This document shows, one piece after another, positions 16,440 through 26,254 of a stretch of DNA of 46,111 nt. Positions within the stretch are counted from its first letter, which is position 1. Every line of letters starts with the position of its first letter. A model generated the notes under the pieces. That model had not been told where the DNA came from and made no database searches. It worked only from the letters and a program-made list of their open reading frames with translations. The DNA comes from Patescibacteria group bacterium (GTDB lineage: Bacteria; Patescibacteriota; Minisyncoccia; JACQLN01), in assembly GCA_038065095.1 (NCBI GenBank), contig JBBTRR010000007.1:1-46111 (forward strand). Direction: 5' to 3'. The position numbers were made by a program, and so were the translations under genes.

Positions 16440-16778
16440 ATGGCAAGAAGTTTAAAGAAGGGTCCATATGTGGACGAAAATTTAATGAGTAAATTAAAGA
16501 CCATAAAGCCTGGTGGCAAGGAGGTTGTTAAAACATGGGCTAGGGCTTCAACCATAACCCCAGAAATGGTTGGTTTTACCATTGGAGTACACAATGGTAA
16601 GATTCACGTTCCAGTTTCCATATCAGAAGAAATGGTTGGTCATAAGTTGGGAGAGTTTTCGTTAACAAGAAAATTCGTAAGGCATGGTGGTAAAATGCAA
16701 CGCGAGTTAGAAGCTACTCAAAAAGTGGCGGATACCGCTAAAGCTCAGGCTGAAAAATCTGAAACACCTAAAAAATAA
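16440..16778 (+). CDS. rpsS: 30S ribosomal protein S19
   Basis: [20 protein letters not shown]. Confidence 0.97.
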   Translation: MARSLKKGPYVDENLMSKLKTIKPGGKEVVKTWARASTITPEMVGFTIGVHNGKIHVPVSISEEMVGHKLGEFSLTRKFVRHGGKMQRELEATQKVADTAKAQAEKSETPKK

Positions 16779-16935
16779 ATATGACCCCAGCACAAAAATC
16801 CATACAAGTTATTGCTATAAAGTTATATCACGGCGATACGCCTGCGGCTTTCTGTTTGAGTTTAAGAAAGTTTGTTGCTAGATTTTCTGCGGGGTCTATA
16901 TTTTTTAGTCGTTCGCTAATGCTCACGAAAAAAAT

Positions 16936-17451
16936 ATGAAAGTCATTGCTAAATTAAATTATTTACATATAAGCCCAAGAAAAGTTAGGGCGGTGGTTGG
17001 TGTTGTTAAGAAACTAAGTTTAGAAGATGCTCTGTCTCAACTTAAATTTATTCCAAACATAGCTTCTGGGGCTTTGATTAAACTTATAAAATCGGCTATA
17101 GCTAATGCTGAAAATAATTTTTCTTTAGATGTTTCGGGTCTTAAAATTTCTGAATTTAAAGTAGATGGCGGTCCAGTATTTAAAAGATTTAGACCAGCTT
17201 CAAAAGGTAGAGCTGCTCCACTAAGAAGAAGAACTTCACACGTAACCCTAGTATTAGAAGGACAACGTATTAAGGCTGATGATGGCAAGAAAGAATCGAA
17301 TACAGAAACAGATGGACATTCACATGCTTCCGAAAAAATATCGAACGTAAAACAGGAAATTAGTAAAAATAAGGGACAAGCCATGAGAAATAATTCTAAA
17401 AAGAAAGGTTCGGGTTTTGTTAAAAGAATGTTTCAGCGCAAAGCAATTTAA
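16936..17451 (+). CDS. rplV: 50S ribosomal protein L22 (C-terminally extended)
   Basis: ISPRKVR, SAIANAENN, KRFRPASKGRA..RRRTSHV. Confidence 0.95.
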   Translation: MKVIAKLNYLHISPRKVRAVVGVVKKLSLEDALSQLKFIPNIASGALIKLIKSAIANAENNFSLDVSGLKISEFKVDGGPVFKRFRPASKGRAAPLRRRTSHVTLVLEGQRIKADDGKKESNTETDGHSHASEKISNVKQEISKNKGQAMRNNSKKKGSGFVKRMFQRKAI

Positions 17452-17456
17452 ATATT

Positions 17457-18131
17457 ATGGGTCATAAAATTAATCCAGTTGCTTTTAGACTGGGCATACA
17501 AAAAGATTGGAGTTCGAGATGGTATAGCGAGAAAAATCGTATAGAGTTTTTGCGAGGAGATTTCGCTATAAGAGAATTATTAAAAAAGAAATTAGTTAAA
17601 GCTTCGGTTGATGGTGTGGATATTGTTAGATCGGGTAATTCTATTTCTATAAGCATAAGATCGGCTAGACCGGGCATGATAATTGGCCGAGGCGGAAAAG
17701 GTTTAGATGAATTACAGCAGGATATAAAGAAAGTTCTTGGAAAAATATCTGCTGAAAAAAAACAAAAATTAAATTCCACTATAAAGATAGAGATAGAAGA
17801 AATTAAAAAACCAGAATTATTTGCGCGTTTGATTGCAAAAAATATTTGCGAACAATTAGAGAAAAGAATTCCATTTAGACGTGCTATGAAAATGACGATA
17901 GAGAAAGTTATGTCTGAGCCCGTTATTAAAGGTATGAAAGTTTTAGCCAAGGGCAGGTTGGGTGGTGCCGAAATTGCTAGGAAGGAACAGTTGACAAGAG
18001 GTAAGATTCCGTTGCAAAATCTTAGGGCAGATATAGATTACGCCCACGAAGAGGCTCATACAACCTATGGTGCTATTGGGGTCAAGGTTTGGCTATATAA
18101 AGGTGATAAGTTTGAAGAAGATAATAAATAA
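17457..18131 (+). CDS. rpsC: 30S ribosomal protein S3
   Basis: [31 protein letters not shown]. Confidence 0.97.
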   Translation: MGHKINPVAFRLGIQKDWSSRWYSEKNRIEFLRGDFAIRELLKKKLVKASVDGVDIVRSGNSISISIRSARPGMIIGRGGKGLDELQQDIKKVLGKISAEKKQKLNSTIKIEIEEIKKPELFARLIAKNICEQLEKRIPFRRAMKMTIEKVMSEPVIKGMKVLAKGRLGGAEIARKEQLTRGKIPLQNLRADIDYAHEEAHTTYGAIGVKVWLYKGDKFEEDNK

Positions 18132-18133
18132 AC

Positions 18134-18538
18134 ATGCTTCTGCCCAAAAGAGTAAAACATAGGAAATGGCATCGTGGACGCAGTCGTGGTGTAGCTACAC
18201 GAGGAAACAAACTAGATTTTGGCAACTTTGGCTTGAAATCTTTAGAAACATGCTGGTTAACTTCTCGGCAGATAGAAGCAGCTAGGCGTGCCATGACACA
18301 CTTTATGCAAAGAGGTGGTAAGGTATGGATTCGAGTTTTTCCTTCTAAGCCTGTTACCAAAAAAGGGGCCGAGGTAGGTATGGGCGGAGGCAAAGGAGCA
18401 GTGGATCATTTTGTTTTTCCGTTAAAACCAGGTCACGTTATTTTTGAAATTGATGGTTTAGCTAAAGAAGCAGCCGAGGAAGCTTTAAGGTTAGCTGCCC
18501 ATAAGTTGCCAGTAATGACCAAAATAATTTCAAGATAA
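18134..18538 (+). CDS. rplP: 50S ribosomal protein L16
   Basis: [23 protein letters not shown]. Confidence 0.97.
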   Translation: MLLPKRVKHRKWHRGRSRGVATRGNKLDFGNFGLKSLETCWLTSRQIEAARRAMTHFMQRGGKVWIRVFPSKPVTKKGAEVGMGGGKGAVDHFVFPLKPGHVIFEIDGLAKEAAEEALRLAAHKLPVMTKIISR

Positions 18539-18542
18539 ATTT

Positions 18543-18734
18543 ATGTTTAAGGTTAAAGAATTAAGACAAAGAAATATTGAAGATTTAAAAAAAACCTTAC
18601 ACGAAGAAAAGGTTAAGTTGAGCGATCTTAATTTTAAACTTGTTGGTTCCCAAATTAAGAATGTTAGTGAGTTTGGTAAAATAAAAAGAAATATAGCAGT
18701 TTTGTTAACTATCATAAAAGAAAAAAATGTCTAA
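18543..18734 (+). CDS. rpmC: 50S ribosomal protein L29
   Basis: KVKELR, KRNIAVLLT; position in operon. Confidence 0.9.
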   Translation: MFKVKELRQRNIEDLKKTLHEEKVKLSDLNFKLVGSQIKNVSEFGKIKRNIAVLLTIIKEKNV

Positions 18735-18996
18735 AAGAATTTTAACCGGAAAAGTAGTAAGTAATAAGATGCAGAAAACCATAGTGGTGGCTGTTACTAC
18801 TCTTAAGGCGCACCCAAAATATAAAAAAAGGATTAAATCCACAAAAAAATATCAGGCTCATTACGAAGGCGTCGGTTTAAATATTGGAGATATTGTAGCC
18901 ATAGAAGAATCAAAGCCTATATCTAAAAATAAGAATTGGATTTTAAAGGACGTGGTGAGAAGTATTTCATCTGGTTTGGAAGAAAATATTAAATAA
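18727..18996 (+). CDS. rpsQ: 30S ribosomal protein S17
   Basis: [27 protein letters not shown]. Confidence 0.95.
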   Translation: MSKRILTGKVVSNKMQKTIVVAVTTLKAHPKYKKRIKSTKKYQAHYEGVGLNIGDIVAIEESKPISKNKNWILKDVVRSISSGLEENIK

Positions 18997-19000
18997 AAAT

Positions 19001-19366
19001 ATGATTCAGTTACGTACAATGTTAAATGTAGCCGATAACAGTGGAGCCAAATTGGTCCAGTGTATTAAGGTTTTGGGCGGATCCGGCCGAAAGATTGCAC
19101 AGGTTGGAGATATTATAGTTGTTTCAGTAAAAGAAGCTGAACCAAGAAAATCTGTTCATAAAAAAGATGTGTTAAGAGCGGTTATTGTTCGCCAAAGAAA
19201 AGAATTTAAACGAAAAGATGGAACGTATCTTAGGTTTGGTGATAATGCCGTTGTTTTGGTTGATAACAAAGAACCTAAAGGTGGAAGAATTTTTGGTCCA
19301 ATACCAAGAGAACTTAAGGAAAAAGGTTTTGATAGAATAATTTCTTTGGCAGAAGAGGTGGTATGA
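19001..19366 (+). CDS. rplN: 50S ribosomal protein L14
   Basis: [27 protein letters not shown]. Confidence 0.97.
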   Translation: MIQLRTMLNVADNSGAKLVQCIKVLGGSGRKIAQVGDIIVVSVKEAEPRKSVHKKDVLRAVIVRQRKEFKRKDGTYLRFGDNAVVLVDNKEPKGGRIFGPIPRELKEKGFDRIISLAEEVV

Positions 19367-19373
19367 ACATTTT

Positions 19374-19500
19374 ATAAACATCACTCCTCGCGGACGACAT
19401 GGAGTATATGAAAAGGGTGTAAAGGGAGAAAGGGGAAAGAAAAGGGGTCATCTCCATGCCTGCCCGCCTCTGGCGGGATGCCTCTCGGAGTGATGTTTAT
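19374..19500. repeat. Long intergenic stem-loop element (paralogue of 14364-14460)
   Basis: ATAAACATCACTCC-TCGCGGACGACATGGAG...CTCCATG...CTC-GGAGTGATGTTTAT. Confidence 0.75.
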
Positions 19501-19516
19501 TCCATTTATTTAAACA

Positions 19517-19822
19517 ATGAAAATAAAAAAAGGCGATCAAGTTAAAATAGTATCTGGTAAAGATAAGGGTAAATCCGGAAAAGTTACCAGAGTTTTCCCA
19601 GAAGACAATAGTGTTTTGGTTGATGGTTTAAACTTGTTTAAAAAACACGTAAAGTCTCGTCAGCAAGACAAAAAAGGGGAAATTATTTTAATACCAAAAC
19701 CAGTTGTTATTTCTAAGATTATGATTGTTTGTTCTTCTTGTAATAAGACAACAAGGATTGGTTATTCTGGTACTGCTGAAAATAAGGCTAGGATTTGCAA
19801 AAAATGTAAGCAAACGTTATAA
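19517..19822 (+). CDS. rplX: 50S ribosomal protein L24
   Basis: KIKKGDQV..VSGKDKGKSGKV KOW motif. Confidence 0.96.
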   Translation: MKIKKGDQVKIVSGKDKGKSGKVTRVFPEDNSVLVDGLNLFKKHVKSRQQDKKGEIILIPKPVVISKIMIVCSSCNKTTRIGYSGTAENKARICKKCKQTL

Positions 19823-19832
19823 ATTACAAGCT

Positions 19833-20387
19833 ATGACTGGATTAAAGGACAAAATTCAAAAGGAAAACAAGGTTTTACAAGAGCGGCTTAAAGTGGCTAA
19901 TGTTTGGGCTTTGCCTAGAATTTCTAAGGTAGTGGTAAATGTTGGTTTAGGCAGAGTTGTGGTAGCTAGCGCTAAACCGGATGATATTATTAAAAAGGTT
20001 TCCGAAGAGCTTTCTCTTATAACTGGACAAAAACCGGTTGTAACAAAAGCTAAAAAAGCCATAGCTTCTTTTAAAACAAGAATTGATATGCCAATCGGTG
20101 TTAAGGTAACATTGCATGGTTCTAAGATGTATGACTTTTTGGAAAAGTTTGTTAGAACAGCTTTGCCCAGAACCAGAGATTTTAGAGGTATAAAAGAAAG
20201 TTGTGTGGATAGTAATGGAAATTTTAATGTTGGTATTAAAGATCATACTGTATTTGCCGAAGCCACGGCAGACGCTGCTCATTCATTTGGTTTTGAATTT
20301 ACAGCCACAATTTTAAATTCAAATAGGATGAACAGTTTAGAGTTTTTTAAGGCGTTAGGTTTTCCATTTGAAAAGAAAACGAAATAA
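19833..20387 (+). CDS. rplE: 50S ribosomal protein L5
   Basis: [28 protein letters not shown]. Confidence 0.96.
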   Translation: MTGLKDKIQKENKVLQERLKVANVWALPRISKVVVNVGLGRVVVASAKPDDIIKKVSEELSLITGQKPVVTKAKKAIASFKTRIDMPIGVKVTLHGSKMYDFLEKFVRTALPRTRDFRGIKESCVDSNGNFNVGIKDHTVFAEATADAAHSFGFEFTATILNSNRMNSLEFFKALGFPFEKKTK

Positions 20388-20392
20388 AAATT

Positions 20393-20578
20393 ATGCCAAA
20401 ACAATCTGTTATTGCTAGAGCCAAAAAGAAACCCAAATTTTCAACCCGAAAAGTTAATAGGTGTTGGAAGTGTGGCCGTAAAAGAGCTTTTATGAGAGAT
20501 TTTGGTTTGTGCAGGATTTGTTTTAGGGAACTAGCCAATAAAGGCGAAATTCCCGGTCTTAAAAAATCAAGTTGGTAA
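20393..20578 (+). CDS. rpsN: 30S ribosomal protein S14 (zinc type)
   Basis: RCWKCGR...[12 protein letters not shown]. Confidence 0.96.
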   Translation: MPKQSVIARAKKKPKFSTRKVNRCWKCGRKRAFMRDFGLCRICFRELANKGEIPGLKKSSW

Positions 20579-20585
20579 TAAATTT

Positions 20586-20972
20586 ATGGATCCAATATCA
20601 GATATGTTAACAAGAATAAGGAATGCTTCAGCCGTTAATAAAGAAACGGTAGTTATGCCTTTTTCTAAAATGAAACAAGAGATAGCCAGTGTTTTAAAGA
20701 GGGCTAATTTGATTTTGGATTTTGAAAAAAAAGGTAGAAACATCGCTGGCAAGAAATTGGAATTAAAACTAAAATATACTGAATCTTTTCCTGCCATATC
20801 AAGCGCTAAGAGAATATCTAAACCGGGGCAGAGAGCCTATATTAAACATAGCGAAATTTTTTCAAAAAAAGGTGGATCTATAAGAATAATCTCTACATCT
20901 AAAGGTATTATGATAGATGCTGAAGCTAGAAGAAATAAATTAGGTGGAGAGATTGTTTGTGAAATTAATTAA
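20586..20972 (+). CDS. rpsH: 30S ribosomal protein S8
   Basis: DPISDMLTRIRNA, ISKPGQRAY, STSKGIM. Confidence 0.96.
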   Translation: MDPISDMLTRIRNASAVNKETVVMPFSKMKQEIASVLKRANLILDFEKKGRNIAGKKLELKLKYTESFPAISSAKRISKPGQRAYIKHSEIFSKKGGSIRIISTSKGIMIDAEARRNKLGGEIVCEIN

Positions 20973-20978
20973 AAAAAC

Positions 20979-21512
20979 ATGTCACGCATAGGCAGAAAAA
21001 TAATAATTTTACCCGAAAAAGTCTCTGTAGAAGAGAAGGATGGTTTTGTTTTAGTTAAAGGCCCAAAGGGAGATCTTTCTTTTAGATTGCCAAGGGGTAT
21101 CGCGATATCTTTAAAAGAAAAAGATTTAACAGTTAGCGCTAAGAATGAATCTGATCCTTCTTGGGGCACTGTGCGATCAATAATAGATGGAATGATAATA
21201 GGTGTTACTGCTGGTTATGAAAAAAAGCTTGATATAGAGGGAGTGGGTTTTAAAGCCCAACTTCAGGGCAGTAAGTTAATTTTAAATGTTGGCTTTTCTC
21301 ACCCTGTTGAATTTGATGCGCCTGAAGGTATAACCTTGAGAGTTGAAAAAAACAGTATTTTTATAAGCGGCAATGATAAATTTTTAGTAGGGCAATCAGC
21401 TGCTAAAATAAGGAATATTAAAAAACCAGAACCTTATAAAGGTAAGGGTATTCGTTATTCTGGTGAAATAATAAAACGTAAAGCTGGTAAAAAGGCGAGC
21501 GCTGGATCTTAA
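20979..21512 (+). CDS. rplF: 50S ribosomal protein L6
   Basis: MSRIGR, GFSHPV, PEPYKGKGIRY. Confidence 0.97.
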   Translation: MSRIGRKIIILPEKVSVEEKDGFVLVKGPKGDLSFRLPRGIAISLKEKDLTVSAKNESDPSWGTVRSIIDGMIIGVTAGYEKKLDIEGVGFKAQLQGSKLILNVGFSHPVEFDAPEGITLRVEKNSIFISGNDKFLVGQSAAKIRNIKKPEPYKGKGIRYSGEIIKRKAGKKASAGS

Positions 21513-21528
21513 AGATGCAAAAGAAAAA

Positions 21529-21891
21529 ATGAAAAATAGAATAAGATTAAACAGAATAAAGCGTCATGCTAGAGTAAGAGCCAAAGTAAAAGGGACTACA
21601 GAGTGCCCCAGGCTTTCTGTTTTTAGATCCATCAATCATATTTATGCTCAATTAATAGATGATGATAATTCAAAAACATTGGCTCAATTTAGTGATTTAG
21701 TTAAGAAAAGTTCTAAAGGTAAGGCTAAGTCCAGTGATGTAGTTAGTGCAAAGAAAGTTGGTAACACTCTAGGAGGTGATATTTTGAAAAAAGGGTTTAC
21801 TAAAATAGTTTTTGATAGAGCTGGTTATAAATATCATGGTCGTGTTAAGGCTTTGGCCGAAGGCTTAAGAGAATCTGGAGTTAAATTTTAA
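21529..21891 (+). CDS. rplR: 50S ribosomal protein L18
   Basis: [31 protein letters not shown]. Confidence 0.96.
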   Translation: MKNRIRLNRIKRHARVRAKVKGTTECPRLSVFRSINHIYAQLIDDDNSKTLAQFSDLVKKSSKGKAKSSDVVSAKKVGNTLGGDILKKGFTKIVFDRAGYKYHGRVKALAEGLRESGVKF

Positions 21892-21893
21892 AT

Positions 21894-22454
21894 ATGGAAA
21901 CAAAACCAACAAATCCAAATAGTAATAACAATAATAGACCTCCTAGCGGAAGGTTTGGTGGTCGTGGTCGCGGTGGACATGGTGGCAGATCTCCTTTTAA
22001 GGAAAAGAGAGATAAGGAATTCGAAGAAAAGGTTATTGAAGTGGCTCGCGTAACCAGAGTTGTTAAGGGTGGAAAGCGTTTTAAATTTAGAGCGGCTGTT
22101 ATTATTGGCGACAAAAAAGGCAGAGTAGGTTTTGGTTTGGGTAAGGGATCAGACGTGGCTCAATCTGTAGCTAAAGCTGTTCATCAAGCCAAAAAACATT
22201 TAATGGTGGTACCAATTGTTAATGGCACTATACCGTTAGCTGTTAAAGCTAAATACAGTTCTGCGGTTGTTTATTTAAGACCTGCTCCAGCTGGACGAGG
22301 TATAAATGCTGGTGGGGCAGTTAGAGTTGTTTCGGAATTATCGGGCTTGAAAGATATTATTGGTAAGATTCTTTCTAGATCTGGCAATAAAATAAATAAT
22401 ACGAGAGCCACCCTAAAGGCTTTGGCAATGATTGCTGTTAAATCAAAGAAGTAA
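21894..22454 (+). CDS. rpsE: 30S ribosomal protein S5
   Basis: [28 protein letters not shown]. Confidence 0.97.
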   Translation: METKPTNPNSNNNNRPPSGRFGGRGRGGHGGRSPFKEKRDKEFEEKVIEVARVTRVVKGGKRFKFRAAVIIGDKKGRVGFGLGKGSDVAQSVAKAVHQAKKHLMVVPIVNGTIPLAVKAKYSSAVVYLRPAPAGRGINAGGAVRVVSELSGLKDIIGKILSRSGNKINNTRATLKALAMIAVKSKK

Positions 22455-22459
22455 AAAAT

Positions 22460-22903
22460 ATGGATTTACATAATTTAAGCCCAAGGACAAAGGGTAAAAA
22501 TGAAAAAAGAATTGGCCGAGGCGGTAAACGTGGTACTACTTCGGGGCGCGGTACTAAAGGCCAAAAATCACGTGCGGGCCACAGAATAAGACCGGCAATT
22601 CGTGATGTAATGAGAAGAATTCCAAAGTCTCGTGGCTACAGTTTTAAGAGTTTTCAGAAAACGTTTATTCCAGTTGAACTTTCTTTGTTAGATAAAAAAT
22701 TTGATAACGGAGAAAAAGTTACTCCAAAAACTTTGCAGAGTAAGGGAATTATAGTTGTGGGTAAAGGAGTTTTACCAAAAGTAAAAATTCTTGATGGCGG
22801 GCATATTACCAAAAAACTAATTTTGGAAAACATCGCTGTTTCCGAAAAAGCAGCTGCTAAAATATTAGCGGTTGGAGGCGAGATAAGAAAACCTGCCAGA
22901 TAA
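22460..22903 (+). CDS. rplO: 50S ribosomal protein L15
   Basis: RIGRGGKRGTTSGRGTKGQKSRAG. Confidence 0.95.
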   Translation: MDLHNLSPRTKGKNEKRIGRGGKRGTTSGRGTKGQKSRAGHRIRPAIRDVMRRIPKSRGYSFKSFQKTFIPVELSLLDKKFDNGEKVTPKTLQSKGIIVVGKGVLPKVKILDGGHITKKLILENIAVSEKAAAKILAVGGEIRKPAR

Positions 22904-22980
22904 GTCGGATTGGTCACCCCTCGACAAGCTCGGGGTGCTCAATTTTATAACTATTCGCTCCGCTCATAGATAAAATTAGC

Positions 22981-24249
22981 ATGAATAAATTTTTACAGAT
23001 TTTTAAAATTCCAGACCTAAGAAAAAAAATATTTTTTATTTTGGGCATGCTTGTTGTTTTTAGATTAGTTTCTGCCATTCCAATGCCTGGCATAGACAGG
23101 GTTAAGTTGGCCGAACTTTTTTCTTCCAATCAACTTTTAGGTTTAGTTAGCTTGTTTACTGGTGGAACTTTGGGAAATTTTTCCGTTATTCTTTTGGGGT
23201 TAGGGCCATATATTACTGCTTCCATCATAATGCAGTTGCTTACCATGATTTTTCCTAATTTAAGGGAAATGTATATGGAGTCTGGTTCGGAAGGCAGGGC
23301 AAAATTTAATCAATTTTCTAGATTGTTAACCATTCCTTTGGCAGCACTCCAATCGCTTGGCACGGTTTCCCTATTTAGAAGCCAAGGCATAATAACCGAT
23401 CTACCGTTTTTTAATTTATTAACTTTAATAATTACGGTAACGGCCGGCACAATGTTTTTGGTTTGGATAGGCGAACTTATTACAGAAAAAGGTATTGGCA
23501 ATGGAACATCACTATTAATATTTGCGGGTATCGTAGCTAGTTTACCTACTAGTGTTGGGCAGAGCTTGATTGCTTTTGAGCCTAGCCAGATTTTTACATA
23601 TTTAGTTTTTATAGCAGTGGCGGTAATTGTTATTGCTGGAGTTATTATTATTTCCGAAGGCCAGCGTAATATTCCAGTTTCTTTTGCAAAAAGAGTTCGT
23701 GGCAGAAGAGTATTTGGTGGTTTTTCTAGTCATATTCCTTTGCGTGTTAACCAAGCTGGAGTTATTCCAATAATTTTTGCTTTATCAATTTTACTTTTTC
23801 CTGGTTTAATAGCTCAGTTTTTATCTAATTCAAGTATTGCGTGGCTGGCCAATGTTTCTAGAAGCATAGCTTCATTTTTGCAACAGCCGGTAACTTACGG
23901 AATTTTATATTTCTTTTTGGTTACTGTATTTACCTATTTTTATACCGCAGTTACTTTTGATCCTAAAGCTATTTCTGAAAATGTTCAAAAACAAGGTGGA
24001 TTTATTCCTGGCATTAGGCCGGGTGAACCAACCGCAACTTTTATAGGCCATGTGGTTAATCGTATAACCTTGGTAGGCGCTTTGTTTTTGGGTTTGATAG
24101 CTGTTTTACCGCTGGTTGTTCAACGAGCCTTTGGCATTACCACCTTAACTTTGGGTGGCACAGCTTTGCTTATAGTTGTTTCGGTTGTTTTGGAAACAAT
24201 GCGCCAGATAAATGCACAGTTAACATTAAGGGAGTACGATAACTTCTAA
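22981..24249 (+). CDS. secY: Preprotein translocase SecY
   Basis: LGLGPYITASIIMQLL, GIGNGTSLLIFAGI, FIPGIRPG, GGTALLIVV. Confidence 0.98.
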   Translation: MNKFLQIFKIPDLRKKIFFILGMLVVFRLVSAIPMPGIDRVKLAELFSSNQLLGLVSLFTGGTLGNFSVILLGLGPYITASIIMQLLTMIFPNLREMYMESGSEGRAKFNQFSRLLTIPLAALQSLGTVSLFRSQGIITDLPFFNLLTLIITVTAGTMFLVWIGELITEKGIGNGTSLLIFAGIVASLPTSVGQSLIAFEPSQIFTYLVFIAVAVIVIAGVIIISEGQRNIPVSFAKRVRGRRVFGGFSSHIPLRVNQAGVIPIIFALSILLFPGLIAQFLSNSSIAWLANVSRSIASFLQQPVTYGILYFFLVTVFTYFYTAVTFDPKAISENVQKQGGFIPGIRPGEPTATFIGHVVNRITLVGALFLGLIAVLPLVVQRAFGITTLTLGGTALLIVVSVVLETMRQINAQLTLREYDNF

Positions 24250-24278
24250 ATAAATAAATTTGGCAGATCAAATTAAAT

Positions 24279-24318
24279 TAAATACCGTGAGATAGCGATC
24301 GCTATCTCACGGTATTTA
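24279..24318. repeat. Perfect 40-bp palindrome centred on GCGATCGC
   Basis: TAAATACCGTGAGATAGCGA|TCGCTATCTCACGGTATTTA. Confidence 0.9.
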
Positions 24319-24328
24319 TGTTCTTCAG

Positions 24329-24357
24329 TTGCAATATTTTTTGGCTTGTATTAGAAT
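24329..24357 (+). promoter_or_regulatory. Sigma70-type promoter of the candidate ncRNA
   Basis: TTGCAA-17 bp-TAGAAT. Confidence 0.6.
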
Positions 24358-24363
24358 GAATTC

Positions 24364-24635
24364 ATGTTTGCGGGGACGACCAAAAGAAAAAGGTTGTCTG
24401 CGCATTCTACGCTGAACCCATCACAGAGGGGAGTCTGTATGATGAGGTTTCTGCCATTAGAGATATGAGGGGTGCGTGCTTGAAGTTATAGGTACGCACC
24501 CGAGATCATAGTTACACAGTTCCTTCGTGAGCCTTAGGGCTCCAAAAAAGTCGCCTCGGGCGACGAAGTCTAGTCGAGCATAAACTAAGCTCGGCGATGC
24601 GGGTCATATGCTAAGCGCTGTGACCTGCTTTTTTT
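24364..24635 (+). ncRNA. Unassigned structured RNA (about 270 nt)
   Basis: Six or more consecutive GC-rich stems with G-U wobbles on the + strand; promoter upstream; hairpin plus T7 terminator at 24599-24635. Confidence 0.6.
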
Positions 24636-24759
24636 AATACAAAAATAAGGGAAGTATGGTATAAAAAACCATAGATAAAGCAATAATAGTTGCTCCTATT
24701 ATCCAAAATATTTTTATGAGTTTCTTAGATTTGTGCATATAAGATATCATTATAATATC

Positions 24760-25176
24760 ATGTCGCGCGAGGAATTTACTATATTACTAAAAAAGAAATG
24801 GCTGGTTTGGCTTGGGCTTGGTGTTTTGTTTTTATTTTCTTTATTTTTAGCTGGGCGAGAGTTTTGGCGTTGGTACGGTATAAATAACGAATACCAAGTA
24901 GTAAAAAATAAAACCGATTCATATGAAAAAGAATCCAAAAAACTTCAAAGTGAAATAGATGACCTTTCAAAACCTGAAGCTTTAGAAAAAGAAGCTCGGT
25001 TGCGTTTAAATTTAAAAAAAGAAGGTGAATCGGTTTTGGTGGTGGTGGGTGAAGATAATTTTCCGGAAGAAAACTTTTTAAAGGCGGAAGTTGGTAGCAA
25101 CTTAGACGATCCAAACAGTATTTGGTTTAATGTTAAGAATTGGTTAAAATATTTTCACCCCGTTACCTCCGAGTGA
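24760..25176 (+). CDS. Septum formation initiator (FtsB/DivIC family)
   Basis: TM segment, coiled coil, LEKEARLRLNLKKEGE. Confidence 0.8.
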   Translation: MSREEFTILLKKKWLVWLGLGVLFLFSLFLAGREFWRWYGINNEYQVVKNKTDSYEKESKKLQSEIDDLSKPEALEKEARLRLNLKKEGESVLVVVGEDNFPEENFLKAEVGSNLDDPNSIWFNVKNWLKYFHPVTSE

Positions 25177-25233
25177 TTATATGGTTTAGGCAACAAATAT
25201 ATTATTGGGAAGTAATGGGGTTAATATAAAAAA

Positions 25234-25797
25234 ATGAAAAGTCATCATATTGGAATTTTAGTTTTAACTTTAGTATTTTTAGTGGGTGGGCTTTTAAGCT
25301 ATACCTTTGTGCAGAATGGCTACTTTCCAGTGGTAGTGGTAAACGGAAGCTTTATAAGCCAGCGTACGGTAAAAGAAAATGCCGATGTTTCACGCCGGTT
25401 GTATAACCAAGGTTTGGCTGGTTCTGGTAAAGAAATGGACGATCTTTTTAAGAGAGGCTCCGAAAAAGAATTACTTAAAAATTCTTTGGAAGGGCTTATA
25501 ATTAACCAAATAATAAAATCTTCGGCTACGGACGATGAAATTAAAAAAGCCCAAAAAGAAGTTACTAATACTTTTGATTATAAAGCCGAGGCTAATCTTT
25601 CGGGGGTTTTAAAAAATGTTTACCAATGGGATGCCGATAAATTTAAAGAAAGAATTTTGGAACCACAGGCTTTATTGCAAGTTGTTTCACAAGAAAAAGG
25701 AAAGGATTTTGATAATTGGTTAAAATCATCTAAATTAAAAGCCAATGTTAAGGTTTGGTTTTCGCCGTATAAATGGGAGAATGGGGAACTTAAATAA
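25234..25797 (+). CDS. Membrane-anchored SurA N-terminal-like protein
   Basis: N-terminal TM, PVVVVNGSFIS, C-terminal FDNWL....KANVK. Confidence 0.55.
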   Translation: MKSHHIGILVLTLVFLVGGLLSYTFVQNGYFPVVVVNGSFISQRTVKENADVSRRLYNQGLAGSGKEMDDLFKRGSEKELLKNSLEGLIINQIIKSSATDDEIKKAQKEVTNTFDYKAEANLSGVLKNVYQWDADKFKERILEPQALLQVVSQEKGKDFDNWLKSSKLKANVKVWFSPYKWENGELK

Positions 25798-25812
25798 ATA
25801 ATTAGCTCGAAT

Positions 25813-25883
25813 GCGGGTATGGTTCAGTGGTAGAATGCGACCTTCCCAAGGTTGAGATACGGGTTCGATTCCCGTTACCCGCT
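25813..25883 (+). tRNA. tRNA-Gly(CCC)
   Basis: Anticodon arm CGACC-TT-CCC-AA-GGTTG; GCGGGTA/TACCCGC acceptor. Confidence 0.95.
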
Positions 25884-26020
25884 CATTTTGTGAGTTTAGG
25901 TTTTTGATCCATTTATACAATGGGTCTTTTTTGTTTGTATAGAGCATTGACTTTTATATAAGGGTGCAATATCCTTACAAGAGTTAGTGCTATTTATATA
26001 ATAGATTATATATATTTAAT

Positions 26021-26245
26021 ATGAATGAAAATCAAGAACAAAAAATAGAAAGATTCAAGCGTTTGGGGGTTCAGCGCACTAATACAGTTCTGCTAAGATT
26101 AAAAGTTCTTGGAAACTGTTCTAATCGAAGTGCATATGATTATACAGAAGAAGAAGTAAATAAAATTTTTTCTGAAATTGAGCGCCGTGTTCGTGAGACA
26201 AAAGCAAAGTTTAATTTTCCTAAAAATAAAGAGTTTAAACTTTAA
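26021..26245 (+). CDS. Small conserved hypothetical protein
   Basis: ERFKRLG..RTN..L..L..LGNCSNRS.Y.YTEEEV; co-oriented with the ATPase, 9-nt gap. Confidence 0.7.
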   Translation: MNENQEQKIERFKRLGVQRTNTVLLRLKVLGNCSNRSAYDYTEEEVNKIFSEIERRVRETKAKFNFPKNKEFKL

Positions 26246-26254
26246 TTTAAAATA

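Noticed and set aside
12169-23501. Many antisense or alternative ORFs over tuf, ribosomal genes and secY
   Set aside because: Overlap well-supported core genes and show no recognisable motifs
24364-24635. RNase P RNA, tmRNA, SRP RNA or a coding ORF
   Set aside because: No GAGGAAAGTCC, no tRNA-like ends, no clear SRP helix-8 motif; ATG 24365 gives only 34 codons
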